Virus record (IMG/VR): IMGVR_UViG_3300005825_000057
Span: 1 to 64,000 of that record
Strand: one strand, 5' to 3'
DNA from: a virus
DNA length: 64,000 nt
The number at the start of each line of letters is the position of its first letter. Within the stretch, counting starts at the first letter, position 1. The notes below the pieces were generated by a model that had not been told where the DNA came from, ran no database searches, and worked only from the letters and a program-made list of their open reading frames with translations. The position numbers and the translations under genes were made by a program. Positions 49,655-58,844 of this stretch are shown one piece after another.

Positions 49655-49861
49655 ATGCTGTCGAAACTAATTGAAGCACTTCAAATTTTTCTGAAATATG
49701 GTGACGTGAGTTATCCAACTCATTGTGAGCATGACGTGCTTACAGTCTGTGTTGACCCAAGTGTAGTTTCAGAGGAAGATAAATCTGCTTTGAATTCACT
49801 TGGATTCATTGTTGATGAATCCGAGGATTGTTTTAAATCTTACCGATATGGTTCAGCTTGA
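49655..49861 (+). CDS. hypothetical protein
   Basis: GGAGG SD; PTHCEHD motif. Confidence 0.6.
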   Translation: MLSKLIEALQIFLKYGDVSYPTHCEHDVLTVCVDPSVVSEEDKSALNSLGFIVDESEDCFKSYRYGSA

Positions 49862-49872
49862 GGGAAAATTCC

Positions 49873-50211
49873 ATGCTTCGCAGCGGTCTTACTGTAATTG
49901 AATTGTTGATTATCTTAGTCATCATTCTGATTGTTGGTTCTCTTATTTTTGCAGGCGTCGGCGGCGGCGGTTTTCTGTCAGAGACTTTTGATGGCAAGGT
50001 TGTCGAAAAGTGGACTGATGTAGATTGGGAAGGTGGAAAGATTTATCGGGTTCAAGTAATGAAGCCCGATGGCGAAGTTGATACATGGGACTCATGGTGG
50101 GTTCACAATAAAGTACAAAAAGGCACTTGGTATAAATTCAAGACCCTTAGTGGTCAAATCAGTGGAGTTGAGAATACACCACAACGAGTCGAGGTTGAAA
50201 ATGGACATTAG
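49873..50211 (+). CDS. protein with type IV prepilin-like N-terminus
   Basis: MLRSG/LTVIELLIILVII with Glu at +5. Confidence 0.7.
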   Translation: MLRSGLTVIELLIILVIILIVGSLIFAGVGGGGFLSETFDGKVVEKWTDVDWEGGKIYRVQVMKPDGEVDTWDSWWVHNKVQKGTWYKFKTLSGQISGVENTPQRVEVENGH

Positions 50212-50752
50212 TTGGCTGAAAAGCCCGGAAAACAACAAAGTTTTGATTTTGATGCGGGGAGTTCCCGCAGCAGGAAAGAGCTATCGTGCCAAGGAATTGG
50301 CTGGCGATACTCCTGAAATCATCTTCTCGGCAGACCATTTCTTTGGTGCTACTTCTGAAGAGTATGTCAAGAATTGGTGTATCGAGCAACTTGGCAATGC
50401 TCATAAGCAGTGTCAAAAGAATACTCGTATGGTTATGCAGCGGCAGGGGCCGTTGGTAATCGTGGACAACACGAATACGCAAATTCGTGAAATGATGCCA
50501 TATTTCGATATGGCGGTTCAGTATGGGTATCGTTTGGATATTCATGAGCCGACTTCTCCGTGGTGGGTCGAGCAGATTGCTCCGTATCTAACCGACAAGG
50601 AAGGTAATCGTAAGCACTTGGAGAAGATGGCTGAACTTCTCTGGAAGAAGAATCAGGAAACTCACTGTGTTCCTTTGGAAAGCATTAAGAAAATGCTTTT
50701 CCGATTCCAGCCGAACGTCACGGTTGACGATCTTGCAAGGTGTTCAAAATGA
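50201..50752 (+). CDS. P-loop polynucleotide-kinase-like protein (AAA_33/N4BP2 type)
   Basis: LILMRGVPAAGKS, SADHFF, IVDNTN, H.VP. Confidence 0.85.
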   Translation: MDISWLKSPENNKVLILMRGVPAAGKSYRAKELAGDTPEIIFSADHFFGATSEEYVKNWCIEQLGNAHKQCQKNTRMVMQRQGPLVIVDNTNTQIREMMPYFDMAVQYGYRLDIHEPTSPWWVEQIAPYLTDKEGNRKHLEKMAELLWKKNQETHCVPLESIKKMLFRFQPNVTVDDLARCSK

Positions 50753-50925
50753 TTCGCCAAGCATTGATTTTTGGAGCCGTGACTGGCACTCTATTTTGGG
50801 TACTTGGTTTTCCAAGCACTTCTTGGGGACACACCATGTTCGATTGGGCATGGTGTGTCGGTGCCATGTTCACTGGATGTGTGCTTGTGGATATTTTAAA
50901 AAATGGGAAAAAGGTGGGATGGTAA
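50749..50925 (+). CDS. small membrane protein
   Basis: two hydrophobic segments; coupled to neighbours. Confidence 0.5.
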   Translation: MIRQALIFGAVTGTLFWVLGFPSTSWGHTMFDWAWCVGAMFTGCVLVDILKNGKKVGW

Positions 50926-51309
50926 ATGCTCGCCATGCTCAAGCACTTAGACAAGGAATATCCCTTTAAGGATGCTCTTAAAAGGGAAGGGGTTTGTCGT
51001 ATTCAAATATTTCAAAAAGCATCAGTGTCATTTTACATGGTGTTTTTTACCGAATTGAAAAAAAACACAGGACCAAGTGTTACCAATTCAATTGAATATT
51101 TGATTAAATCTATTTTTGATGGAAGAAATGGCCCTCTTGGTTTTATAGACCCGGATGATGCCATTTTTTTGTTTGCTGAGCGATACGAAGAGCATCCCGA
51201 ATACTTTGATTGGGTACAATTAGGAAGTAATGGCTCGCCTGTGTGGACACGGGCAACTTCCGAAGAAATCAAAACTATTTTGCCACATTTGGATTTTCCA
51301 CATGCTTAG
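50926..51309 (+). CDS. hypothetical protein
   Basis: N.GPSVTNSIE motif. Confidence 0.6.
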   Translation: MLAMLKHLDKEYPFKDALKREGVCRIQIFQKASVSFYMVFFTELKKNTGPSVTNSIEYLIKSIFDGRNGPLGFIDPDDAIFLFAERYEEHPEYFDWVQLGSNGSPVWTRATSEEIKTILPHLDFPHA

Positions 51310-52366
51310 AACATTTACTTTGTTTACATTTAAGGGTATCGACCTCAAGATTAGTTGGTCGTTTCAAGTATTTTTAACCCTTATTTTTGTTATGGGTTTC
51401 ATTGCTGGCTTGAGCAAAGGCGTCCCGGTTGCTTTGGCATCTGGATGCACTATTCTTTTTATGCTTGTTTTTGCTTATGGATTTGTGACGATCCATGAAT
51501 ATGGACACGCATTAGCTGCGAAACATTTAGGATATAAAACTAGAGACATTGCTTTGTATCCTATGGCGGGCTTGGCTTCTATTTCTGGGGATTGGCACAA
51601 AAATCCTTGGCATGAATTTATCATTACTGTTTTCGGGCCGCTAACAAATGTTGTTATGGGCGGTGTTGCATTTATTGTTTTACAATTTTGTCCTCCTGAA
51701 ACTTTGCAACATGCTCTCGTTAATTTTGCATTTAAAGTTAATTTTACTTTACTTATTTTCAATTTGATTCCTGTATACCCAATGGATGGCGGTAGAATCT
51801 TTCGCTCTATTGTAGGTGGGATCACTAATGATTGGTGGCTTGGCACAATTTGGGCAACACGAGTTTCTTTCATTTGTGGGCTAATAGCTGTTCCTCTTGG
51901 GTTTTATTTTGATTACGCAATTGCAGGCTTAATGATTGGTTTTATGGGCTTATTGGCTTCCCAAGCTGAATTGAGCCATTTAAAAAACATTCGAGAAATT
52001 GAACAGATTGAAGAAGAGCGACTTTTGTTATTTGAAATGCTTTTGCGGGGCGAATCAGAGAAGTTGTGGTCGAATGATAAAGAAAAACAAAATGAATTTA
52101 TTTCAACAATGTTGGGATTTCATAAGTTTTTAATGAGATTTGTGAATTGGGCCGTTAAAGAAAAAATTCCTGTTGAGAAGTTTGAACGAGCCATAGCTCA
52201 TCTTTTTTCTACCATTTATAATGATGAAGAACAAAGGTTGGCGTTGAACAAAAAGGCAACTTATGATGAGGTTGCCGTATTTGAAGAAATTTGTGAGGCG
52301 TCCGATGAAGATCAGTCAGTTGATGGTGACCCACAACCACTTGAGGCACAAAGAGAATCTGCATGA
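51302..52366 (+). CDS. site-2 protease (peptidase M50, SpoIVFB-like)
   Basis: HEYGH, GP..N, FNLIPVYPMDGGRI, several TMs. Confidence 0.92.
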   Translation: MLRTFTLFTFKGIDLKISWSFQVFLTLIFVMGFIAGLSKGVPVALASGCTILFMLVFAYGFVTIHEYGHALAAKHLGYKTRDIALYPMAGLASISGDWHKNPWHEFIITVFGPLTNVVMGGVAFIVLQFCPPETLQHALVNFAFKVNFTLLIFNLIPVYPMDGGRIFRSIVGGITNDWWLGTIWATRVSFICGLIAVPLGFYFDYAIAGLMIGFMGLLASQAELSHLKNIREIEQIEEERLLLFEMLLRGESEKLWSNDKEKQNEFISTMLGFHKFLMRFVNWAVKEKIPVEKFERAIAHLFSTIYNDEEQRLALNKKATYDEVAVFEEICEASDEDQSVDGDPQPLEAQRESA

Positions 52367-52898
52367 AATGATTCGCTTTGTGTCTGAGGGTGGTATTTGG
52401 ACTAAAGGTCATCTTGAACAATATAGCCGAGAAAAAGGCTTAGACCGTGTTTCGCCTTTAATTCAGCTTTCTCAATTTGATGATGGCAAGTTATTTTTAC
52501 ATGACGGCCATCATCGAGTTGTTTCAACTTTCTTGGCCGGGCGTGATGTTCTTGAGTCAACTGAATATGAAATTTCTAACTGGAAATATCCAGATTATTT
52601 AGAAATCAATCATGGCAATGGTTGGTACACTCCATTTGATCCGAGGATTCATACTCGCACACCAGACTTTGGAAAATTTAAAAAGATTGCTAGAGAGCGA
52701 TTTGCCGATGATCCAATTGGGGCCGAGAAGTGGATTCTTGAAAATCAAAATCTTTATCGAGAGGATCGTCGGTTTTGGTTTGCCCCGGAGTTAGCTGAAG
52801 AAGTTCTTTGGTTAATTCAGAAAGGTGTAGACCCCGTTACTGGCAAAATGTGGCTTACTACTCGAATGAAGCGTGAAGCCAATGAGGTCAATTTATGA
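52305..52898 (+). CDS. ParB/Srx-like domain protein
   Basis: PLI...LHDGHHRV. Confidence 0.6.
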   Translation: MKISQLMVTHNHLRHKENLHEMIRFVSEGGIWTKGHLEQYSREKGLDRVSPLIQLSQFDDGKLFLHDGHHRVVSTFLAGRDVLESTEYEISNWKYPDYLEINHGNGWYTPFDPRIHTRTPDFGKFKKIARERFADDPIGAEKWILENQNLYREDRRFWFAPELAEEVLWLIQKGVDPVTGKMWLTTRMKREANEVNL

Positions 52899-53154
52899 TT
52901 CTTGGGAAGTCACAAAGGTAAAGCCAACGCCTTTTGAACCTATTCGATTTGTTCAAGAGAATTTAGCTCCTTGTTTTACTTCCGAAGAATATGTTGAATA
53001 TATCAACAAATACAAGGTTCAAGCAATTCACGAATACGATGAAGATCATCGTATGCCGGGGCATTACATTCACGCAGAAATTGTAGATGGGGAAGTTTGG
53101 GTGATCTTTCAACCAGAAAAAGTTGGAAAATATTGGATTAGTTTAGCAAAATAA
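52873..53154 (+). CDS. hypothetical protein
   Basis: last ORF before the terminator. Confidence 0.5.
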   Translation: MKPMRSIYDSWEVTKVKPTPFEPIRFVQENLAPCFTSEEYVEYINKYKVQAIHEYDEDHRMPGHYIHAEIVDGEVWVIFQPEKVGKYWISLAK

Positions 53155-53182
53155 AAAGCCCCTGATTTCTCAGGGGCTTTTT
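53154..53182. terminator. bidirectional intrinsic terminator
   Basis: AAAAGCCCCTGA...TCAGGGGCTTTT between convergent genes. Confidence 0.85.
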
Positions 53183-53416
53183 TTATAAACGTCCACCCAG
53201 CATCCAAACTCTAATTGATTCTAACAATTCTAATTGAACACCAAATATACGTTCCGCTGACCACGCACACATATGTCTGTAGCCGATTCCGTCGCCCGGC
53301 AAAACATATAGGTCTTCTTCGTTGGTCCGCCCGACATTCTTTTTAATTGGTTTATGTTGCGTAAGCATGTATAAACCATTGCGTTGTCTGGATAGCCAAC
53401 AGGGAATTCTTCTCAT
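53183..53416 (-). CDS. hypothetical protein
   Basis: start set at MRRIP, overlapping the upstream stop. Confidence 0.5.
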   Translation of the reverse strand: MRRIPCWLSRQRNGLYMLTQHKPIKKNVGRTNEEDLYVLPGDGIGYRHMCAWSAERIFGVQLELLESIRVWMLGGRL

Positions 53417-53670
53417 TTCTTTAGGCACTCGACCTTTTCGGTCAAGCCCAACGCCGAGAGTTTTTCCCCCAAGCCATTCTCCACGGCTTGCATGACCCCT
53501 ACATCGTTTAAATGGCCGAGCCATTCGATTAAAGAGGCTTCAATGGCTACGACTCCATCCAATCCAATGTCATGATAAGTCAAGACATTATCAAAAAAGT
53601 TAGTCGCAACGCCGTCTTTGACTTCTTTTACGTTAAAGTCAATTCGGATTTCAAATCTTTTATCTTTCAC
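53413..53670 (-). CDS. hypothetical protein
   Basis: AAGGAG SD 9 nt before GTG. Confidence 0.6.
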   Translation of the reverse strand: MKDKRFEIRIDFNVKEVKDGVATNFFDNVLTYHDIGLDGVVAIEASLIEWLGHLNDVGVMQAVENGLGEKLSALGLTEKVECLKK

Positions 53671-53809
53671 CGCTCATTTCTCCTTAGAGAGACATAGAAA
53701 GTTTTACGACGTTTACACCAACGTCGTTTCAATGATGTTAGAAAGATAATCGAAATCCACAAGAACTAGATTGATGCATTAAAGAACTAGAAAATATAGA
53801 CCTACCCTC

Positions 53810-53881
53810 CCATTCGTGGTAGTTCCTCATGCCAAAAACATTGAGAAATCATCTAGTTCCCCCTACCATTCGTGGTAGTTC
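53810..53881. repeat. 16-bp direct repeat, two copies
   Basis: CCATTCGTGGTAGTTC at 53810-53825 and 53866-53881. Confidence 0.85.
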
Positions 53882-54005
53882 TTTATTTTTTTCAAATTCT
53901 GCAAAAATATTATTGCAAGGGTAGACTTGACAACTCAATCTAATTTGGTAAGTTGTTGCAACCATCAATGGTGATGGGATTTTTTGTTTCAAGGAGGCTT
54001 GTGGA

Positions 54006-54227
54006 ATGAAGACTTTTGCCGCTATCGCTTGTTTGTTTGTAGTATTGGCTTTTTCTGGCACGGCTGAGGCCGGTGTTAGAGGGCATCGTTGTTGCAGACA
54101 AAAAGTGGTTGTTTGCAACTCTTGTTGTTGCAAAACGCACACTCCTGTTAGAACTGCAATTAAGGCGGTCGGGAAGACGGTTCGTGCCGCACTTCCGCCT
54201 TATCGTTGTGGGAAGTGTTGCAAATAG
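54006..54227 (+). CDS. small secreted Cys-rich basic protein
   Basis: AAGGAGG SD; signal peptide ending AEA/G; CC and CCC motifs. Confidence 0.75.
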   Translation: MKTFAAIACLFVVLAFSGTAEAGVRGHRCCRQKVVVCNSCCCKTHTPVRTAIKAVGKTVRAALPPYRCGKCCK

Positions 54228-54506
54228 TTAATCCCACTTTTCTACATCATCAATCCAATAATGTAGAATCCATCGACCGGAAGTTGAAAAATACTTCCGG
54301 TCGATTTTTATTTGCCCACTATGAATTTTGCGATGGCAATTAGAGCAAGCCACGACAGTATTATGGTCGGTATATTTTCCGCCATCTTCGCCGGGTATTA
54401 TGCGGTGACAATCGAGAACTGAATAATCATTTTCACCACAGAAGTAACATTTCTTTTCAGATTTTTTCTTTGTTACTTTGTTTATCAGTGTTTTGCGGCG
54501 TCCCAT
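54228..54506 (-). CDS. HNH endonuclease
   Basis: CYFC, HRI, N...CSNCH..IH. Confidence 0.85.
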   Translation of the reverse strand: MGRRKTLINKVTKKKSEKKCYFCGENDYSVLDCHRIIPGEDGGKYTDHNTVVACSNCHRKIHSGQIKIDRKYFSTSGRWILHYWIDDVEKWD

Positions 54507-54993
54507 TATTCTCGCAGCTATTTAATTCAGATATTCTAACATTATAACAACTGGCCTTTACCCTCCAAGGCGTGCCGGGTTCGATCTGCCCCTTTTTGAG
54601 ATAGAAGGCTTTGTTATAGAAATCTTCTTTGGGCAACCAACCTAAGACAAATGCTTTAGTTGGATTTTCAAGAGGATATAAACTTACAAAAATATAATTG
54701 TCACATTTTTGTTTTGTATTATATTCAGCTACAGAGCAGTTGTATTTTTCGAGCGGCACAACATTGCGTGCTTTTGTTTTTACTTCCCAACTTTTTTCTT
54801 CTTTTAAGATGTCGTAGTCATAAGATTTGCCACTTACGATTTTTCCTTTTATAACTTTATTTGCAGCCATTTCTCCAAGAAAGCCGGTGATATTGCCTTC
54901 ACCTTTGCGAATTGAATTTTTCAGCTTGCCAAGTTCTTCGGCCTTTCTCTTTGCTACTTTCAACATTGCTGGTGTAATTGGTATTTCTATCAT
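54457..54993 (-). CDS. PD-(D/E)XK nuclease-like protein
   Basis: G.LGE, YDYD, WEVKT. Confidence 0.65.
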   Translation of the reverse strand: MIEIPITPAMLKVAKRKAEELGKLKNSIRKGEGNITGFLGEMAANKVIKGKIVSGKSYDYDILKEEKSWEVKTKARNVVPLEKYNCSVAEYNTKQKCDNYIFVSLYPLENPTKAFVLGWLPKEDFYNKAFYLKKGQIEPGTPWRVKASCYNVRISELNSCENNGTPQNTDKQSNKEKI

Positions 54994-55307
54994 AAATTCC
55001 TCAAAAGATTTTGTAGATCGTCGTCTTTACCTCGAATCTTGAATGCTCTCTTTTTAGATTGCTTTTCAATATATTCTTTGACGAGCTTTTTATCATAGAT
55101 GCCCCACTCTACAGCTTCTTTGAGGGTTTCTTCCAACCCAGCTAAAAATGCCCAAATTTTATATTCGTCATCTTTAAAGAAGTCTTTGGTTCGTTGATAG
55201 AACTTATCCCAATTCAAACGACACTTCATTTTAGCGAATGTCTTTGAATATCGCAGAGCCATCATTTCATTTTGCTTATCGTAGAATTCTTTTGGTAAGT
55301 CTTTCAT
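54990..55307 (-). CDS. hypothetical protein
   Basis: AAGG SD; coupled to neighbours. Confidence 0.6.
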   Translation of the reverse strand: MKDLPKEFYDKQNEMMALRYSKTFAKMKCRLNWDKFYQRTKDFFKDDEYKIWAFLAGLEETLKEAVEWGIYDKKLVKEYIEKQSKKRAFKIRGKDDDLQNLLRNL

Positions 55308-55315
55308 AAGTTACC

Positions 55316-56755
55316 TTAAAAGTCGAAGTTGTCTTTAATTATAACTTTGTGGCCTTGTGCTTTCAAGATTTTGATGCGCTTTTGGCTATGCTCTAAAAGG
55401 TAGGGATTTATATTGAATAAGAAATCATAGTAGTTAAGTTCTTCTTTATCATCGGCGGTTCTTAGACCACGACCCATTCTCTGAATGATTTGGTGATCTG
55501 CCTGACCACCAGCCGCATTGATAAGATTATGAATAAATACGTTAATGCCTGTGTTGAAAATCTGTTGCGTGGCAATTGCAATTATATTTTCTTTTGATTT
55601 CTGTAATGTTTGAATAACGCTTTTTCTTGTCTTTGAATCATCTTTACCTTGTACCCACAAAGACCCCGGCAATAAATTGTGTAAAGCATCACCGTGAGCA
55701 ATACGGTCCACTAAAATAAGGGTTCTACCGGATTGTTTTTTGGCTAGTTTTTTAACTATCTTGTGAAAGTGAAAACTTTCTGCGATGCCACGGGTGACCG
55801 CATCAATATAAATATCGTGTGGAATTGAAGGTTCATCAATTGGAAAGAAGGTACAATTAGATGAAGACAAGATTCCACGATCTTGAAGTTCTTTTGTTGT
55901 AAGAACGCCAGCTTCCGCAGATTTAATTTTCAATACTGGTCCAAAGAATCCTTTTACATAATGTTTTTGTACTTTATCTTTCTCTCCAAATTTGAATGGC
56001 GTTGCACTAAGGGCTACTCGTATATCGCAACCTTTGAGTCTTCGATATACAGCTTTAGGCAAAGCACTCATCATATCGTGAATTTCGTCCACGATTAACA
56101 CTTTGATTTTTGGCAATACTTTTTCCATTTTGGAAATAGATTGTACACTGGCAACTGTAATCATATTTGGTTTAACATTGCCGCCCCATAAGGTTCCTAC
56201 ATTTGGAATGCCCCATTTTGTAATTTCAGAATAATTTTGTTCAGCTAAACCAACTCTATTTTGCAGAACCAATGTGGGTGTATTGGGAGGCAGAGCTTTA
56301 AGAACGCCAAGCATCATAAAGGTTTTGCCAGCACTTGTCGGAGCGAATATAACCCCTCTACGATATTTAAGAACTTGATTTACCAAGTCTACTTGATAAT
56401 CGTGTAGCTTGATTGGATCAAAACCTTCGGGAAGGCATGTGTTAAAAAAGTCATCTTGTATTTCAGAAAGCAAGAGAGGGGTTTTGTTTCTTTCATCTAA
56501 GACTTCATATGGAATATTGAAGTGCTTTAATGCATGGACAACTTCTGGAAGCAGGCCAGTTAGAAACTTTCCATTTTCTTGTTTGAAAAATTCTGTATAG
56601 CCATCCCACATGCCCATTTTATATCGCCGGTTATGAAAGTAGTTTCTTTCACGGAAGCGAAGGCAATCCCAAATTTTATGTTTAATCGTAGTCTGATCCG
56701 TCATCAAATACGAATAATCATTGTTGATTTTGAGTATTGCTTTGTTGTTGGTCAT
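55316..56755 (-). CDS. uvsW: UvsW-like SF2 helicase
   Basis: WDG, DYQ, PTSAGKT, DEIH, SATP, TGIN, QRMGRGLR, YYDF, HS..R. Confidence 0.9.
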   Translation of the reverse strand: MTNNKAILKINNDYSYLMTDQTTIKHKIWDCLRFRERNYFHNRRYKMGMWDGYTEFFKQENGKFLTGLLPEVVHALKHFNIPYEVLDERNKTPLLLSEIQDDFFNTCLPEGFDPIKLHDYQVDLVNQVLKYRRGVIFAPTSAGKTFMMLGVLKALPPNTPTLVLQNRVGLAEQNYSEITKWGIPNVGTLWGGNVKPNMITVASVQSISKMEKVLPKIKVLIVDEIHDMMSALPKAVYRRLKGCDIRVALSATPFKFGEKDKVQKHYVKGFFGPVLKIKSAEAGVLTTKELQDRGILSSSNCTFFPIDEPSIPHDIYIDAVTRGIAESFHFHKIVKKLAKKQSGRTLILVDRIAHGDALHNLLPGSLWVQGKDDSKTRKSVIQTLQKSKENIIAIATQQIFNTGINVFIHNLINAAGGQADHQIIQRMGRGLRTADDKEELNYYDFLFNINPYLLEHSQKRIKILKAQGHKVIIKDNFDF

Positions 56756-56887
56756 TTGTTATCCTTTTCTGTCGCTTGTTTTTTTCAAGCGAATTACGAA
56801 CTATCTTACCAGATACCGAGGGCTTCCGTCTAGGCTTTTTTCTTTTTCCACAACTAGAACATGCCATAATTCCTCCTATATTTATGT

Positions 56888-57202
56888 ATGGAACCAGAGT
56901 TACAGATAGATAGTCAAGTTATTGTGCCAAAAGCACGAAAATTAAAGGCGATTTGGTCATATGAAGCTCAGCAAGATTTGCGCCAATTTCACAATATTGA
57001 TGCGGAGAAAGAGTTATCAAAAATATTAGCAGAAGAAATAAGTAAGGAAATTGACCAAGAAATTCTCAATGATCTACGAAGTGCATCTGAAAAAGGCCAA
57101 GAAACAGAAAGAAAGATAATAAGCGGTAAAATTAAGAAGAAGAAAATTAAAGTAAGTTGGAGTTCTGTATTTGACGATTTTGAACCAACTAAAAAGGATT
57201 AA
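56888..57202 (+). CDS. mini-protein containing the conserved gp23 capsid segment
   Basis: KARKLKAIWSYEAQQDLRQFHNIDAEKELSKILAEEISKEIDQEIL matches the T4-type gp23 core motif. Confidence 0.8.
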   Translation: MEPELQIDSQVIVPKARKLKAIWSYEAQQDLRQFHNIDAEKELSKILAEEISKEIDQEILNDLRSASEKGQETERKIISGKIKKKKIKVSWSSVFDDFEPTKKD

Positions 57203-57204
57203 AT

Positions 57205-57582
57205 ATGGCTATTCTTAGAGGTTTTCCTCCATCAAACTCGATTTTTCCAACCACTTATATTCCAGATATAGTTGAAACCTCAATAAAAATTGGCAATTTA
57301 GAAGTAGAAGAAAAATTTCGTACTGAAGATGGTTCAGAATACTTGAAATTGAAAAATGCTTCTTGGGAATGTAGAGCAATTTGTTATAAAAGCAAAACAA
57401 ACGAAGCAGGAGCTATTTATGGTTTTGATATTAACAGAGAAGTTATTTGGCTTAGAAAGAGTTACAAGCATGTGCCTTTGACAGACGTAAGTTGTTGCCA
57501 AAAATGCGGTGAAAAATTGATTATTGATGAATTTTCAAACCAATATGGAGATTGGTGCCCAAATCCATCTTGTTCAAACTAA
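57205..57582 (+). CDS. hypothetical protein with C-terminal zinc ribbon
   Basis: AAGGA SD; CQKC...CPNPSC. Confidence 0.6.
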   Translation: MAILRGFPPSNSIFPTTYIPDIVETSIKIGNLEVEEKFRTEDGSEYLKLKNASWECRAICYKSKTNEAGAIYGFDINREVIWLRKSYKHVPLTDVSCCQKCGEKLIIDEFSNQYGDWCPNPSCSN

Positions 57583-57914
57583 CAATTTCTTAGTGCGGCC
57601 AAGGCAGCAACTTTTAAGTCTTCAAAATATATTGTTGCCAAATCCACAGCTTCTTGGTGCGTACAAAGTTCTTCTTCGTTGTAATAAGCGTTAAATGTAT
57701 CTTGGTAGAGAGGAATAACTTGTCCGCCAGTTCTGTAACCCTGTTTTAGAATTACTTTTTTGATTGCGATTTTTTCTAAAACTCCACGAACTGCTTTGTA
57801 CCGTAAAAATACGATGGAATTTTCACCGTATTTATAGGTGTAATAATTCGATTGTTTTATTCGGGCACAACCGAAAATATTGATGCCGCCTGAGCCTGTG
57901 TATTGCATTGCCAT
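57579..57914 (-). CDS. hypothetical protein
   Basis: start set at MAMQY. Confidence 0.55.
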   Translation of the reverse strand: MAMQYTGSGGINIFGCARIKQSNYYTYKYGENSIVFLRYKAVRGVLEKIAIKKVILKQGYRTGGQVIPLYQDTFNAYYNEEELCTHQEAVDLATIYFEDLKVAALAALRNC

Positions 57915-57952
57915 GATTTTATTTAGTTTAGCTGATCTCAAACTTTTACTTC

Positions 57953-57981
57953 TTTACAAGTCTTTTGATTTGTGCTAGAAT
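57953..57981 (+). promoter_or_regulatory. sigma70-type promoter
   Basis: TTTACA-17-TAGAAT with extended TG. Confidence 0.65.
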
Positions 57982-58019
57982 ATTGCGAAATCCACTTCTC
58001 TTTTCTCAGGAGGCTTTCC

Positions 58020-58844
58020 TTGAATACCTATCTCACCCTAGACAATGTGACTGTTTCGTTTCGTGATGAAAGCGGCACGCTTTGTGCCTTGCGAAAGGCC
58101 AAACATTATAAAAGAGAACGGCCCCGGTCATGGCAAGATGATGACTTTTATCTTGTCGTCCATACTGATGGCGAAATTTATGCAAATGTCGAAGGCAATG
58201 GAGCGGTTCTTCTGAATGAAGAATCGGTTGGCGATCTGCCAGTAAAAGATTTGCCTTTACATAAGGCTACAAATAAATTCTTGGTGACTTCAAAAGGCAA
58301 AGTTTATACTTTTACCGTTCACTTGGTTCTTTGTAAAGAAAACACAAGTGTGTCGCCTGAAATTAGATCGAAGGGAATATCCTACAATCAAGAAGATGAT
58401 TGTTGGTTTTTTGATAATGTCGGATTTTTCTACAGTTTGTTTTGGTTATTCTCTGATGCATATCAAGATGACTATCAAGACGATTTCTCTATTGAAGGTA
58501 TTCGAGAGGATCAATTTGAACAGCCCCCTTTTGAGGAAGAGGGGCAGGTCAATGTTCCTGTCGAACATGATTTGAGTTTGGCGGGAGAATCAGAAAAATC
58601 TGACGAATCCAGCGAACCTTCTGTTACGGAAAGCGTCCAACATAGTGAACCTGAGCCGACTCGCAGCGAGCCGGAACCAACGCATCATTCGGAGCCAGAG
58701 CCAACCCATTACAGCCCATCAAGTTACGACGATTCACATCGTAGCTACGATCCCGGTCCCAGCCATGATTACGATCATGGGTCGAGTTACGATAGCGGAT
58801 CAAGTTACGATAGCGGTGGGGATTCTGGTGGAAGTTTTGATTGA
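58020..58844 (+). CDS. hypothetical protein with acidic low-complexity tail
   Basis: AGGAGG SD before TTG; SEPEPT x3 and SYD(S/P)G repeats. Confidence 0.65.
   Translation: MNTYLTLDNVTVSFRDESGTLCALRKAKHYKRERPRSWQDDDFYLVVHTDGEIYANVEGNGAVLLNEESVGDLPVKDLPLHKATNKFLVTSKGKVYTFTVHLVLCKENTSVSPEIRSKGISYNQEDDCWFFDNVGFFYSLFWLFSDAYQDDYQDDFSIEGIREDQFEQPPFEEEGQVNVPVEHDLSLAGESEKSDESSEPSVTESVQHSEPEPTRSEPEPTHHSEPEPTHYSPSSYDDSHRSYDPGPSHDYDHGSSYDSGSSYDSGGDSGGSFD

Noticed and set aside
53660-53677. 5-codon uORF (MSGER) overlapping the GTG start
   Set aside because: The SD is only 2 nt from this ATG but 9 nt from the GTG, so it is probably incidental.
53810-53881. Mini-CRISPR array
   Set aside because: Only two 16-bp copies, too short for CRISPR repeats, and no cas genes in the window.
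58640-58830. Short tandem repeats
   Set aside because: In-frame coding repeats (SEPEPT, SYDSG) of a low-complexity tail.
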